Shown here piece by piece: positions 18,291 to 27,020 of a stretch of DNA of 53,689 nt (positions are counted from its first letter, which is position 1; each line of letters begins with the position of its first letter). The translations under genes and the position numbers were made by a program. Location of the stretch: the IMG/VR virus record IMGVR_UViG_3300037313_001510, one strand, 5' to 3'. The notes beneath the pieces were generated by a model. The model ran no database searches and was not told where the DNA came from. It saw nothing but the letters and a program-made list of their open reading frames with translations. The DNA comes from a virus.

Positions 18291-18953
18291 CTAAACGCCC
18301 CACACCGCTGCCTGGTCGGCGGCGCGCACGAAGATCATGTTGGAGCCGCACCAGGAATGCGGGATGAAGCCCTTGGTCGCCATCAGCGCAGCGAGCTCGT
18401 GGCTGGTATCGCCACCGCCGCAATCGGCCTCGACGATGACGACGTGCGGCGGATGAGCGCCGAAATCGGTGACGCGCAGCACGTCGATATCGAGGCCTTC
18501 GATGTCGAGCGAGAGCAGATCGGGCCAGATGCCGTTGCAGAACATGCCGTCGACGATCTCGTTCAGCGTGTAGACGACGACGGTCTCGGTGACGGTGATG
18601 CCCAACGTCATCGCCGTTGCCTTGTCGAAGGTGAACCGGCCGGGATCGGCGGCGACGTGATAGAAGGGCAGTTCGCCCGAGACCGGCGCTACGCCAGCAC
18701 GAATGTTGGTGTCCTCCGGCCTCGCCTTGCGGAAGGCTTCGAACAGCGCCGCGTTCGGCTCGACATTGATGCCGCGCGAGCCGCGCTCATAGAGCAGCGC
18801 CGTGTTCGACAGGTCGAACGGATGATAGGCGCCGACATCGAGATAGGACGGCTTTTCGATGCCGAGCCGCTTGAAGATGTTGAGCACGGCAAGATCGTCG
18901 CCATGCTGCGCATAGGTGCGGGAGCCGAACCACTGGTCGCGATGGCCGGTCAT
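18291..18953 (-). CDS. FkbM-family SAM-dependent methyltransferase, 220 aa
   Basis: Start reset to MTGHRD. Motifs YLDVGAYHP ... GINVEPNAALFEAF ... LSLDIEG are typical of the FkbM family. Confidence 0.75.
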   Translation of the reverse strand: MTGHRDQWFGSRTYAQHGDDLAVLNIFKRLGIEKPSYLDVGAYHPFDLSNTALLYERGSRGINVEPNAALFEAFRKARPEDTNIRAGVAPVSGELPFYHVAADPGRFTFDKATAMTLGITVTETVVVYTLNEIVDGMFCNGIWPDLLSLDIEGLDIDVLRVTDFGAHPPHVVIVEADCGGGDTSHELAALMATKGFIPHSWCGSNMIFVRAADQAAVWGV

Positions 18954-19198
18954 CAGATCGCGGCCTTTGACGCTACATGGCGACTGATGGCTTTGACGCG
19001 AACGCGCGGCTTTGTAGCGGGCGTCCATCCACGCAAAAGCGTATCCAGCACTCGACGACCCATCTCGCGCTCGGTGTATTCCTGCATGCGACACGGGCAG
19101 ACCGGATCGCCGTTACGAGGCCCGGTGCAGAAACATGCTCGCGGGGGCGGCTTTGGCCGATCCCGAAGCGACATCGCCTGCGGCTTGGGCACCTTCAT
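18953..19198 (-). CDS. Small basic Cys-containing protein, 81 aa
   Basis: Start reset to MKVPKPQ. Contains CFCTGPRNGDPVCPC. Coupled at both ends. Confidence 0.5.
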   Translation of the reverse strand: MKVPKPQAMSLRDRPKPPPRACFCTGPRNGDPVCPCRMQEYTEREMGRRVLDTLLRGWTPATKPRVRVKAISRHVASKAAI

Positions 19199-19539
19199 AG
19201 CCTGTCCTCCGATAACTGCTTGGCGAGGGCGGCCCATTCGGCAGCCGAAAGTCGAACGGTGACGGTTTCGCCGCAATAGGTCTGCTGGCAATCAAGAGGC
19301 GCGGCCTGCATCTTCCCCTTTTGAGGGGCCAAGTTGCAGTAGTTGTTGCAGTTCTCATCGCCGGGCGTGCATCGGCCGGGCCTGCCCTTGTCGGAAGCGT
19401 GACCACAGATGTAGCAGCCGTCCACCGTCTTCGGATCACCGCGCACCGTGATGACAACGGCACCGTCGTCGGCGATTGTGACATTGATATAGCCCGGGAA
19501 AAGCTGATCAAGTTTCGTGTAGGCAACGACATTGCTCAT
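19195..19539 (-). CDS. Cys-rich protein, 114 aa (7 Cys)
   Basis: Start reset to MSNVVAY, giving an ATGA overlap with the stop of the 915-aa gene. Confidence 0.55.
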   Translation of the reverse strand: MSNVVAYTKLDQLFPGYINVTIADDGAVVITVRGDPKTVDGCYICGHASDKGRPGRCTPGDENCNNYCNLAPQKGKMQAAPLDCQQTYCGETVTVRLSAAEWAALAKQLSEDRL

Positions 19540-22283
19540 GGCGCTCTCCCCTCGGCGATCGCCGCCTCGATCCAGTTGAAATGCTCGCCGATGACCTTGT
19601 GGTGGCCCTCGACGTCGGTCAGGTCGGCATGGCGCGATTTGTGGACCTCGCAAGCCTCGATCTCCTCGAAACCGGCGAAGAACAGGCAGGCCTCTAGCAG
19701 CGCCTGCGACCAGATCGCCTTGTGGCCATGCGCGTGGATGATGGCGTGCATGGCGCCGCGGCGGTCGGCCGATGGCGCCCATTTGTGCGCGAAATCGAAA
19801 TAGTCCTGGTCACCGCGCCGCCAGATATTTTCGAGGCTTGGCACGCAGATCCGGATGACGCCGCCCGGCTTCAGCACGCGCCGGCATTCTGCGAAGAAGC
19901 GCAGCGCGGCGTGATAGTCGACATGCTCGACGACATGCTCGGCATAGATGAAATCTGCATGATTGTCGGGAAACAGTAGTCGCTTCTCGATGTTGACCTC
20001 GGCGTCGAAGTTCAGCCAGCCGTCGAGCCTGTTGGTGCCGCAGCCGAAGTTCAGCTTGACGGCGTCCTCGACCGGCCGCACCGGCGGCTCCTGGGCCACT
20101 GTGGAGGCCACGAAGGCGTCATAGGCTTCCGGGCTTGCATGCGTGACCCAATCGAGCGCGGCGACGTTCTCCGCCGTGATCTGGCCCTTGTCGCCGCGCT
20201 CGGCCTTGAGAGGCAGCATCACCAGGTCATCGCCGAGGATGTCGAAGATCGCCTGCTCGGGATAGGGTTTCGGCTGGCGGTTCCACCAGTCGTATTTTTC
20301 GATGAACTTCGACTGCCAGAGATAGTCGACGCTGAAGAACATCAGGCCGGTCTCGGCCCAACCCTTCTCCTTGCGCTTGGTGCCTTCGACCGGGACCGAG
20401 GCCGCCTTGATACCTGCCGCCATCATCTGGCGGATGATCGGCAGCACCGGCCGCTTGAGCAGGCTGTCGCCCTCGATATGGGCGACATAGTCGTATTGCC
20501 CGTCGATCGCGATCTCCAGGCCCTTGCAGAAGGCCCTGCCCCAGCCGTCGCGGCCGCCGCGCGCGAGGTGGCCGATGTTGTCTGGGAAGGCGTATTTCTC
20601 CGCGCCCTGCTCGACGGCAAGCAGCGGCACCGGCGAGGCGCTGTCGACCAGCAGGAGATGGACCGCCGCGCCATTGATCTGCCGGTGCAGCACTTCCCAT
20701 TGAGCAGCCAGGCGCTGCTTGTCCGGCGTGTCGGAATAGACCGTGCCAAACACCAGCACCTTCGGCTGCTTGCCGTGCGCCGCCGCGAAGGCCTCGACCT
20801 TCGGCAGCGCCTCAGCCACGTCAATGGTCTTGTCGCACTGGTGATGACGGTCGAAGCACTCGCAGGGCTTCACCGGCTCGATCGGCAGCGTCGGCGCCAG
20901 ATGCGCGCCGACCACGTTGGTAAAGCGGAAGCTCTCGTTGCCGCCATAGACGACGATGTTCGGCGTGCCGACCGCCTGCGCCAGGATCGGCGTGAAGCCG
21001 GCATTGCCGAAGACCAGAGAGGCCTCGGCGAACAGCCCGGCCAGCGTCTCGAAATCGGCCTCGCCATGGTGCAGCTTCAGGTCGGCGTCCTGTTCCTCGC
21101 CGACGATGTGCTCGCCCTTCTGCGTTAGGTCGCAGACCGAGACCGTGAAGAACCGGTCCTTGATCGAGCGATAGAGCGCCGCGTAGGCGTCGGGATTCGG
21201 CGCCCGCGACGGGCACGGCCAGGTGCCGTTGAGCACGATCGGGCGATAGACCATGATCGGCCTGCCGCCCGTATCGCCCACGATCGCCCGAGCCGCTTCC
21301 CGCCATTGAGGTTTGACTGGCAGCGAGAAGTCCGCGCGTTCCGGCAACGTCAGGCCGACCGAGGCGAACATGGCGTTGAGCAGCGTGCCGTGCTTCTTGG
21401 TCTGGGCGTGATCGTAGCCGATTTTCCGATCGTGCTGCCGATTGCCCTTGCCGCCGCTGACGCCATTGCCCCTGTCGCGGATGCGCGGGTCGAGATGACT
21501 GGACACCAGAGTGACCTTGAGCCCTTCGGCGATCAGGTCGTGATACATGGCGGTGTAATAGGTCAGCAGCTCGACACTGCGCGTCTTCATCAATTCGCGC
21601 ACGACAGCGCGCTGAACGATGCAATCCCCCATACCGTACATGCTAAGCACGGAGATCGACGGCCTCGCCGACACGCGCTGCAGCATTGCGATCACCTCTT
21701 GAAAAGGAACTTTGGGCCAGACGTCGATGGCGCTGTCGGGGTTGGCGTTGATGACCTCGACGCCGCGCTTTGCCACCGATGGCGCGATGGCGCGGAACTC
21801 GGCGGCGTGCCTGTCGAAGCAGCCATTCACCAGCGGCCAGGGATACGCGATATCGTGATGATGCCGGCGGCCCTGGATGATCTGGCCATCGACGCCGAGC
21901 AGGACGATTCTAGACGCCCCGAAATGCACCGCCAGGTTGATGGCGCCGGTGACGCTCGTTGTTTCCAGCGCCAGCCGATCGGGCGTTTCCGCGATGCCCT
22001 TGCCCGGGGCGATTTTCTTCAAATTCTTGATGCGCTTGTCCGACCAGCCGCAAGTGGTGACGATCAGCCCGCCGAAGTCAGGATGGAACTTCGTCCACCA
22101 CCTTGTGTCGGCGAAGAACAGCACATCGGCTTGCGGATAGGTCTGCCAGGCCGAGTTGATGGCGATGACCCGTCGCCCGCAGAGGAGCGACAGGTCTTGG
22201 CCGAGAACGGACGGGCCGCCGGCCAGAATGATTGCGGTCTCGCCCCGCCATAGCGGCGGGGCGGACCAGTTCGGCGGCGACAC
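19536..22283 (-). CDS. Four-domain transferase fusion, 915 aa: MptE/Maf(DUF115)-like + GT9-like + GT-A-like + class I SAM methyltransferase
   Basis: GTG start 2 nt after the capsid stop.
- Domain 1 (about 21675-22247): ETAIILAGGPS ... VIAINSA ... LFFADTRWW.
- Domain 2 (about 20865-21659): GMGDCIVQRAVVRELMK ... LAGLFAEASLVFGNAGFTPILAQAVGTPNIVVYG.
- Domain 3 (about 20130-20768): LLLVDSAS ... AHIEGDS.
- Domain 4 (about 19545-20063): KLNFGCGTN ... LKPGGVIRICVP. Confidence 0.7.
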   Translation of the reverse strand: MSPPNWSAPPLWRGETAIILAGGPSVLGQDLSLLCGRRVIAINSAWQTYPQADVLFFADTRWWTKFHPDFGGLIVTTCGWSDKRIKNLKKIAPGKGIAETPDRLALETTSVTGAINLAVHFGASRIVLLGVDGQIIQGRRHHHDIAYPWPLVNGCFDRHAAEFRAIAPSVAKRGVEVINANPDSAIDVWPKVPFQEVIAMLQRVSARPSISVLSMYGMGDCIVQRAVVRELMKTRSVELLTYYTAMYHDLIAEGLKVTLVSSHLDPRIRDRGNGVSGGKGNRQHDRKIGYDHAQTKKHGTLLNAMFASVGLTLPERADFSLPVKPQWREAARAIVGDTGGRPIMVYRPIVLNGTWPCPSRAPNPDAYAALYRSIKDRFFTVSVCDLTQKGEHIVGEEQDADLKLHHGEADFETLAGLFAEASLVFGNAGFTPILAQAVGTPNIVVYGGNESFRFTNVVGAHLAPTLPIEPVKPCECFDRHHQCDKTIDVAEALPKVEAFAAAHGKQPKVLVFGTVYSDTPDKQRLAAQWEVLHRQINGAAVHLLLVDSASPVPLLAVEQGAEKYAFPDNIGHLARGGRDGWGRAFCKGLEIAIDGQYDYVAHIEGDSLLKRPVLPIIRQMMAAGIKAASVPVEGTKRKEKGWAETGLMFFSVDYLWQSKFIEKYDWWNRQPKPYPEQAIFDILGDDLVMLPLKAERGDKGQITAENVAALDWVTHASPEAYDAFVASTVAQEPPVRPVEDAVKLNFGCGTNRLDGWLNFDAEVNIEKRLLFPDNHADFIYAEHVVEHVDYHAALRFFAECRRVLKPGGVIRICVPSLENIWRRGDQDYFDFAHKWAPSADRRGAMHAIIHAHGHKAIWSQALLEACLFFAGFEEIEACEVHKSRHADLTDVEGHHKVIGEHFNWIEAAIAEGRAP

Positions 22284-22285
22284 GA

Positions 22286-23317
22286 TCAGGCGGAGCGCTT
22301 GCCGAGCATCAAGGTCTTCGGACGCGTGCAGATCGACAGCACATTGGACTGGCTGTCGAGGTTGACGCCCTTGCCGTTGTCCATCAGGAACTGCTTGGCA
22401 TACATGCGCTGGCCGATGGTGTTGACGGTCTCCATGTAGTCGCCCGGGGCGAAATAGGAGCGGAACAGGTTGGGCACGCCGATCGGCGCCAAGTGGCATT
22501 TGTCGGGGTTGACGAAGGCCGTATTGCCAACGGCGCCACGATAGTTTTCCCAGACGATGCCGCCGAACTCGAAAGCACCGTAGATCTTGTCGCCATTGGG
22601 CAGCACGTAGCCGGCGCGCAGCACGGCGGCCATGTCGGTGTTGAGGAAGCTCTTCACCACTTCGACATTGCCAAGCAGATCGTCGAAGAAATCACTGCCG
22701 CATTCTGCAAGCACGCCTTGATAAGGCAAGCCGCCGAGATTGTCGGCGATCTTGCGGACAACGCCGGCGCACTTCTTGCGCAGCGCGCCGGAAACCGGAT
22801 TCGCGTTGGCGAGATCGAAGGCAATTTCGGTTTCCTGGGAGACGCCGAACGCGTCGAAGAGGTTGACAGTCGATCCGTCGGCATAGGTGACGATGCCCTT
22901 GTAGGCGCCGATGCGGGCATATTCGATGGTCGCTTCCATCGACTGCGAATGGACAGCGAGCCTGTCGGCAACCTTGCCCATCACGGTTTCGACTTCGGAC
23001 ATCGAGCCCCAGGCGCGGACGTTCTGCACCTCATCGGCCATGACCGCGTCGTTGATCTCGAAATGCGGCACGACGAACGGGCGCACGGTGCGCAGCGGCT
23101 TGTCAAGGGTTTTGCCGGGGCCGCCGCGCGCCGTCGGCTCGATCAGGCTGAGGATGCCGTCGCGCTCCTCGATGACTGCGGTGGTGGTGGTGATGCCGCT
23201 TTCCTGAAACAGGCCGAGCTGACCGAGACGACCGGGCACGAACTTCAGCTTGTTGATGGAGTCGGTGAGCGAGACGACGCTGAAGGCATCGTCATTGAAA
23301 ACGTCGAGCATGGGCAT
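22286..23317 (-). CDS. Major capsid protein, lambda gpE family
   Basis: N-terminus MPMLDVFNDDAFSVVSLTDSINKLKFVPGRLGQLGLF is typical of the gpE family. Lies after the decoration gene. Confidence 0.85.
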   Translation of the reverse strand: MPMLDVFNDDAFSVVSLTDSINKLKFVPGRLGQLGLFQESGITTTTAVIEERDGILSLIEPTARGGPGKTLDKPLRTVRPFVVPHFEINDAVMADEVQNVRAWGSMSEVETVMGKVADRLAVHSQSMEATIEYARIGAYKGIVTYADGSTVNLFDAFGVSQETEIAFDLANANPVSGALRKKCAGVVRKIADNLGGLPYQGVLAECGSDFFDDLLGNVEVVKSFLNTDMAAVLRAGYVLPNGDKIYGAFEFGGIVWENYRGAVGNTAFVNPDKCHLAPIGVPNLFRSYFAPGDYMETVNTIGQRMYAKQFLMDNGKGVNLDSQSNVLSICTRPKTLMLGKRSA

Positions 23318-23377
23318 GATGGTGGTCCTTCAGAACGCCGCTCTCAAAAGCGGGCTGTTGCGTGGAAAATGCCCGCC

Positions 23378-23707
23378 TTAGCGGACGATGATGTGCAGCG
23401 TGGCGAGACCGGCGAGCGCGCCAGCGTCCAGCGCCCCGTCGGTGGCTTCGGTCGAGGTCAGCATGTTGCCGTTGACCTCGGCGAGGCGGGCGATGTAGGC
23501 GACCAGGTCGCCGTCCTCGGCGGCATTGATGGCGATGCCGACGACAGTGCCGGAGCCGTCGTAGGAGACCAGCGTGCTGGCGGTGATCTTGACGACCTCG
23601 CCGGCCTTGAGCGTGCCGCCGGCGACAAGGCTTTCGCGCGAGATGTGGCCGTCGCCTTCCGAGATGATGAATTCAGCCGTGTGACGGGCTTCGGTGAGAG
23701 CAGTCAT
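23378..23707 (-). CDS. Head decoration protein (gpD-like), 109 aa
   Basis: Supported by size, position immediately before the capsid gene, and the AEFIISEGDGHISRE motif. Confidence 0.65.
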   Translation of the reverse strand: MTALTEARHTAEFIISEGDGHISRESLVAGGTLKAGEVVKITASTLVSYDGSGTVVGIAINAAEDGDLVAYIARLAEVNGNMLTSTEATDGALDAGALAGLATLHIIVR

Positions 23708-23764
23708 GGGAAAAGTTCCTTCGTGTTGGATCGACTGGAGAAGCGCCGCGACGGGCGCGGTTGC

Positions 23765-24253
23765 TTACTTCTTGCCGAAACGCGCGTTGACGCGCTCGAT
23801 GGTCTTGTCCCAGGCGTTGCCGTCGGGAGCGCCACCATCGGCATGCGTACGCAGCTCGCGGCCGGAAGCGTCGGCCTTGCCGGCGGTCACCGCGGCCTGG
23901 ACGTCGGCGAGCGACTTGCCTTCCTTGATGAAGGCCGAGGCCTTGGCCGACTGGTTGCCGATATGGCAGGTGGCGGCGATGTTGGCGTCGACATCGCGCG
24001 TCGCCGTGATGGCAGCCGCGACAGCGGCGGCGACCGCTTCGGCCTTTGCCTTCTCGGGATCTTCCGGCAGCGAGGCCGCGAAGGCAGTGAGATCGGCATC
24101 GATCTTGGCGCCGTCCTCATGGAGCGCGGCCAGTCGAGACGTTTGTTCGGCGGTAATACTGCCTTCCGCCTTGTCGATAGCGGCGCCAATCGCGTCCGCC
24201 TCGGTCTTCAGCGCGCGCCTCTTATCGAGAAGCGCCATAAGCACTTTCTGCAT
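23765..24253 (-). CDS. Scaffold-like head assembly protein, 162 aa
   Basis: Ala/Glu/Lys-rich helical protein between the protease and decoration genes. Confidence 0.5.
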   Translation of the reverse strand: MQKVLMALLDKRRALKTEADAIGAAIDKAEGSITAEQTSRLAALHEDGAKIDADLTAFAASLPEDPEKAKAEAVAAAVAAAITATRDVDANIAATCHIGNQSAKASAFIKEGKSLADVQAAVTAGKADASGRELRTHADGGAPDGNAWDKTIERVNARFGKK

Positions 24254-24341
24254 TGTCTGTTCCTTTCGAGGTTATTTTCCGGGAGGCGATACGATTCGTG
24301 ATGCCGTACCGCGCCCGGAGCGCCGACGGCCGAAACTGGGG

Positions 24342-25250
24342 TCAGACGAACTGGCGGGCCGCAGCGCCGGCGTTCATGCCGGAGCGTTTGCCGCCCCTGG
24401 CGAGGCGAGCGATCGTGTCTTCCAGCGTCGCCACGCGGTCGGCCATGCCGAGCTTAACCGCTTCCTGCGCGAGAACGGCACGGCCGCCCCCGAAATTCTT
24501 GGGCTGCGTTTCGGGATCGGCCTTGACCACGGAGACCGGAACGCCCCGGCCCTTGGAGACGTCGCCGGCGAACATGCCGTAGAAGGTGTTGACATTGCCG
24601 AGCAGCGCGGCGCGCCCGGCATCGTCAAGCGGCTGGAATGGATTGCCCTCGACCTTGCGCGGCCCGGCCGAAATCAGCGTCACGTTGACGCCGTCGGCCT
24701 CGAGCGCGGCCGAGACATCCTCATGCACGGTGTAGACGCCGATCGACCCGACCGCGCCCGAAGGCGACACCACGATCTCGTCGGCGGCGCTGGCGATCCA
24801 ATAGGCGGCCGACAAGGCGATGGTGTTGGCGACGGCGACGATCGGCCGGCTGGAATTGCGCGCGGCGCGGATCATCGCGGCGGTTTCGGGCACCAGGTCG
24901 ACGCGACCGCCGGGTGAATCGATCTCTATGACGATCGCCGACAAGGTGGCATCGTTCGCCACCTGGCTGAAGGCGAGGCGGAAATCGGTCATCAGCGCCG
25001 CCGGCTGAGAAACATCGGTGATGGCCTCGGCGCGCGGCAGGATCGGGCCGACGAGGCGCAGCAGCGCGACGCTGCCGCGTTGCTCGCGCGCCGCAGGCCG
25101 GTCTGCCGGCGCGGCGCGATAGGATTCGGCGCGCGGCCCATGCTCGTTGCGAAACAGCAGCATCGCCGCCAGCTGGTCGGCCTTGCGCGGGTCAATGAAC
25201 CATGCATCGCTTGCGAACGCGCGCAGCAGGCGGTTGATTTCATGCGCCAT
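24342..25250 (-). CDS. Head maturation protease, S49 (SppA/ClpP fold; lambda gpC-like)
   Basis: IEIDSPGGRV ... ALSAAYWIASAADEIVVSPSGAVGSIGV. Start set to the second ATG (MAHEINR), 9 nt after GGGAG. ATG 25259 is an alternative start. Confidence 0.8.
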   Translation of the reverse strand: MAHEINRLLRAFASDAWFIDPRKADQLAAMLLFRNEHGPRAESYRAAPADRPAAREQRGSVALLRLVGPILPRAEAITDVSQPAALMTDFRLAFSQVANDATLSAIVIEIDSPGGRVDLVPETAAMIRAARNSSRPIVAVANTIALSAAYWIASAADEIVVSPSGAVGSIGVYTVHEDVSAALEADGVNVTLISAGPRKVEGNPFQPLDDAGRAALLGNVNTFYGMFAGDVSKGRGVPVSVVKADPETQPKNFGGGRAVLAQEAVKLGMADRVATLEDTIARLARGGKRSGMNAGAAARQFV

Positions 25251-26802
25251 TCTGGCCATCTCCCGGTTGGGGCGGCGTGTCCGCCGGTGGCGTCGCGTCC
25301 GAAGTGTTCGACTGCTGCGACGCCGCGGCTGCCGGCGTCGGGAAGGAAAGACCGAGGCTCTTTTCGCGCGCGCGGTCGGCGGCGATGCGGCGGTCGTTCT
25401 CTTCCGGATCAACGCCAAGCGCCTCGACCACATCGGAACGCGACTTGAAGCCATTGTCGACGGCAAGCTTTTCGGCCTGCAAATCCTTCAGCGGGTCGAT
25501 CCAGTCCCATTTTGGCGCGATGAATTTTGCCGCCCGGAACATGCGCTGGCCAGCAAGGTATGCGGACGGCGCGATCGGCACCGCGCCGGCCACGACGGCG
25601 TCGGACAGCCAGCGCTGCCAGACCGGCCGGCAGAACTGGAAGATCATCGAATGGTTCTGCGTCGCGGCGATCTCGCGGCGGAACTTCAGCATGCCGGCGC
25701 GCTGCGAACCGTAGGACGCCTGGCGCAGATCGCCGGTCATGTCGGCATAGGGCACGCCGGCGCCGGCCGAGACCTGCAAATTGGCGCGGTATTGATAGGC
25801 CTCATAATTGCCGCCGACATCGGCCGGCTCGGAAATGGTGATCTCCTCACCCTGCGCCAGCGTCACTACCGAGCCCGGCTCGAAGGCCAGCCCGTCGTCG
25901 ACACCGGCGGCGGCGGCTTCGGCCTCGCCTGGCGCCAGGATCGATTCCGCGTCCTCCGGCGCCGGCCTGGTGATGAAGGCGTTGAAGGCGGAAGCGAAGG
26001 CTTTGCGCTCGGATTCGTTGTCGTCGTAATTGTCGAGCTTTGTTGCGCGCAGGATCGCCGACAGCGTGTGCGGGATGCCCCTCACCTGCCCGGCTTCGAG
26101 CGGCCTGAAGATGTGCATCACCTCCGACGCCGGTACCGTTGTGAACTCGCCGGTGAAGTTGATGTCGCCAGGCCGCTCGCGATAGAAGCGATAGCCGAGA
26201 CGCCTGCCGATCGGGCTGAAGACGACGCCGTTGCGCACAGTGATGCCATTCTGCAGGTTCAGATTATCGGCGTGGTTGAGCATTTCCGACGGCAGCAGTT
26301 GCAGCTGTAGCGGCACCGACAGGCCGTCGCTGGCAAAGCGCGGACGGAAGCGCACGAAGCATTCGCCGGCATCGAACATCTCGCCGCCAATGATCGACTG
26401 CTGGCCGTAGAAATCGGTCAGGCCGTCGGCGTCGCTCTCGTCTGTCCATTCCAGCCAGGCCTGCATGATCTCATCGCGCAGCGCCGCGTCCTTGAGCAGC
26501 GACGACGGCTTGATGCCGTCACCAACCAGCGCGGCGATATAGGAGCGCTTGGCCGACGAGATCTGCGGGTTGTTGCGGGCGAGGTAGCGCGAGCGCGCCA
26601 CCACCGTGCGGCCATAGGACCGCATCAGCATGTTGATGTCCTGCACCGCCGTCGGCAGCGCCTTCATGCGGCGGCCGGACTGGCCGGCATCGAAGGCCTG
26701 CATCTGCTGCGGCTTCATCAGCCGCGGCGTGCCGACAAGGCCATCGGCGCCCACCGCCACGCGGTAGCGCGGCTTATCGGCCTTCACCGGAGCATTCATC
26801 AC
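25240..26802 (-). CDS. Portal protein, lambda gpB family, 520 aa
   Basis: Supported by size, position between gpW-like and the protease, and lambda-portal-like sequence. Confidence 0.85.
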   Translation of the reverse strand: MMNAPVKADKPRYRVAVGADGLVGTPRLMKPQQMQAFDAGQSGRRMKALPTAVQDINMLMRSYGRTVVARSRYLARNNPQISSAKRSYIAALVGDGIKPSSLLKDAALRDEIMQAWLEWTDESDADGLTDFYGQQSIIGGEMFDAGECFVRFRPRFASDGLSVPLQLQLLPSEMLNHADNLNLQNGITVRNGVVFSPIGRRLGYRFYRERPGDINFTGEFTTVPASEVMHIFRPLEAGQVRGIPHTLSAILRATKLDNYDDNESERKAFASAFNAFITRPAPEDAESILAPGEAEAAAAGVDDGLAFEPGSVVTLAQGEEITISEPADVGGNYEAYQYRANLQVSAGAGVPYADMTGDLRQASYGSQRAGMLKFRREIAATQNHSMIFQFCRPVWQRWLSDAVVAGAVPIAPSAYLAGQRMFRAAKFIAPKWDWIDPLKDLQAEKLAVDNGFKSRSDVVEALGVDPEENDRRIAADRAREKSLGLSFPTPAAAASQQSNTSDATPPADTPPQPGDGQNGA

Positions 26803-27020
26803 AGGCCTTTCGAGGACTGATAGGCTTTCTTGACGCGGGAGCGGCGCGTGCCGGTCGCGATGGCGATCTGGGTTTCGAGATCGTTGATCGCCGCCTTCAT
26901 GTCGGCATCGGTCTTGTAATCAACGCGCTCGTCGCCGTGGCGGATCATCAGCACGCCGGAGGCGCGTGCCCGGCGCAGCTGGTCGAGCATTGCCTGCAGT
27001 TCGATCGTCGTCAGGCTCAT
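26799..27020 (-). CDS. gpW-like head-tail joining protein, 73 aa
   Basis: Small protein between TerL and the portal, as in lambda. ATGA-coupled on both sides. Confidence 0.7.
   Translation of the reverse strand: MSLTTIELQAMLDQLRRARASGVLMIRHGDERVDYKTDADMKAAINDLETQIAIATGTRRSRVKKAYQSSKGL

Noticed and set aside
22284-22499. Upstream 72 codons of the 987-aa ORF. The same issue applies to the N-terminal extensions of ORFs 8405..9700, 902..1690, 24342..25466, 18291..19094, 19195..19782, 35228..35809, 35569..36237 and 41247..41597.
   Set aside because: The extensions overlap the preceding gene, are Arg/Pro-rich, and disappear when the start is set at the ATG or GTG that gives a 1-4-nt stop/start overlap with the upstream gene.
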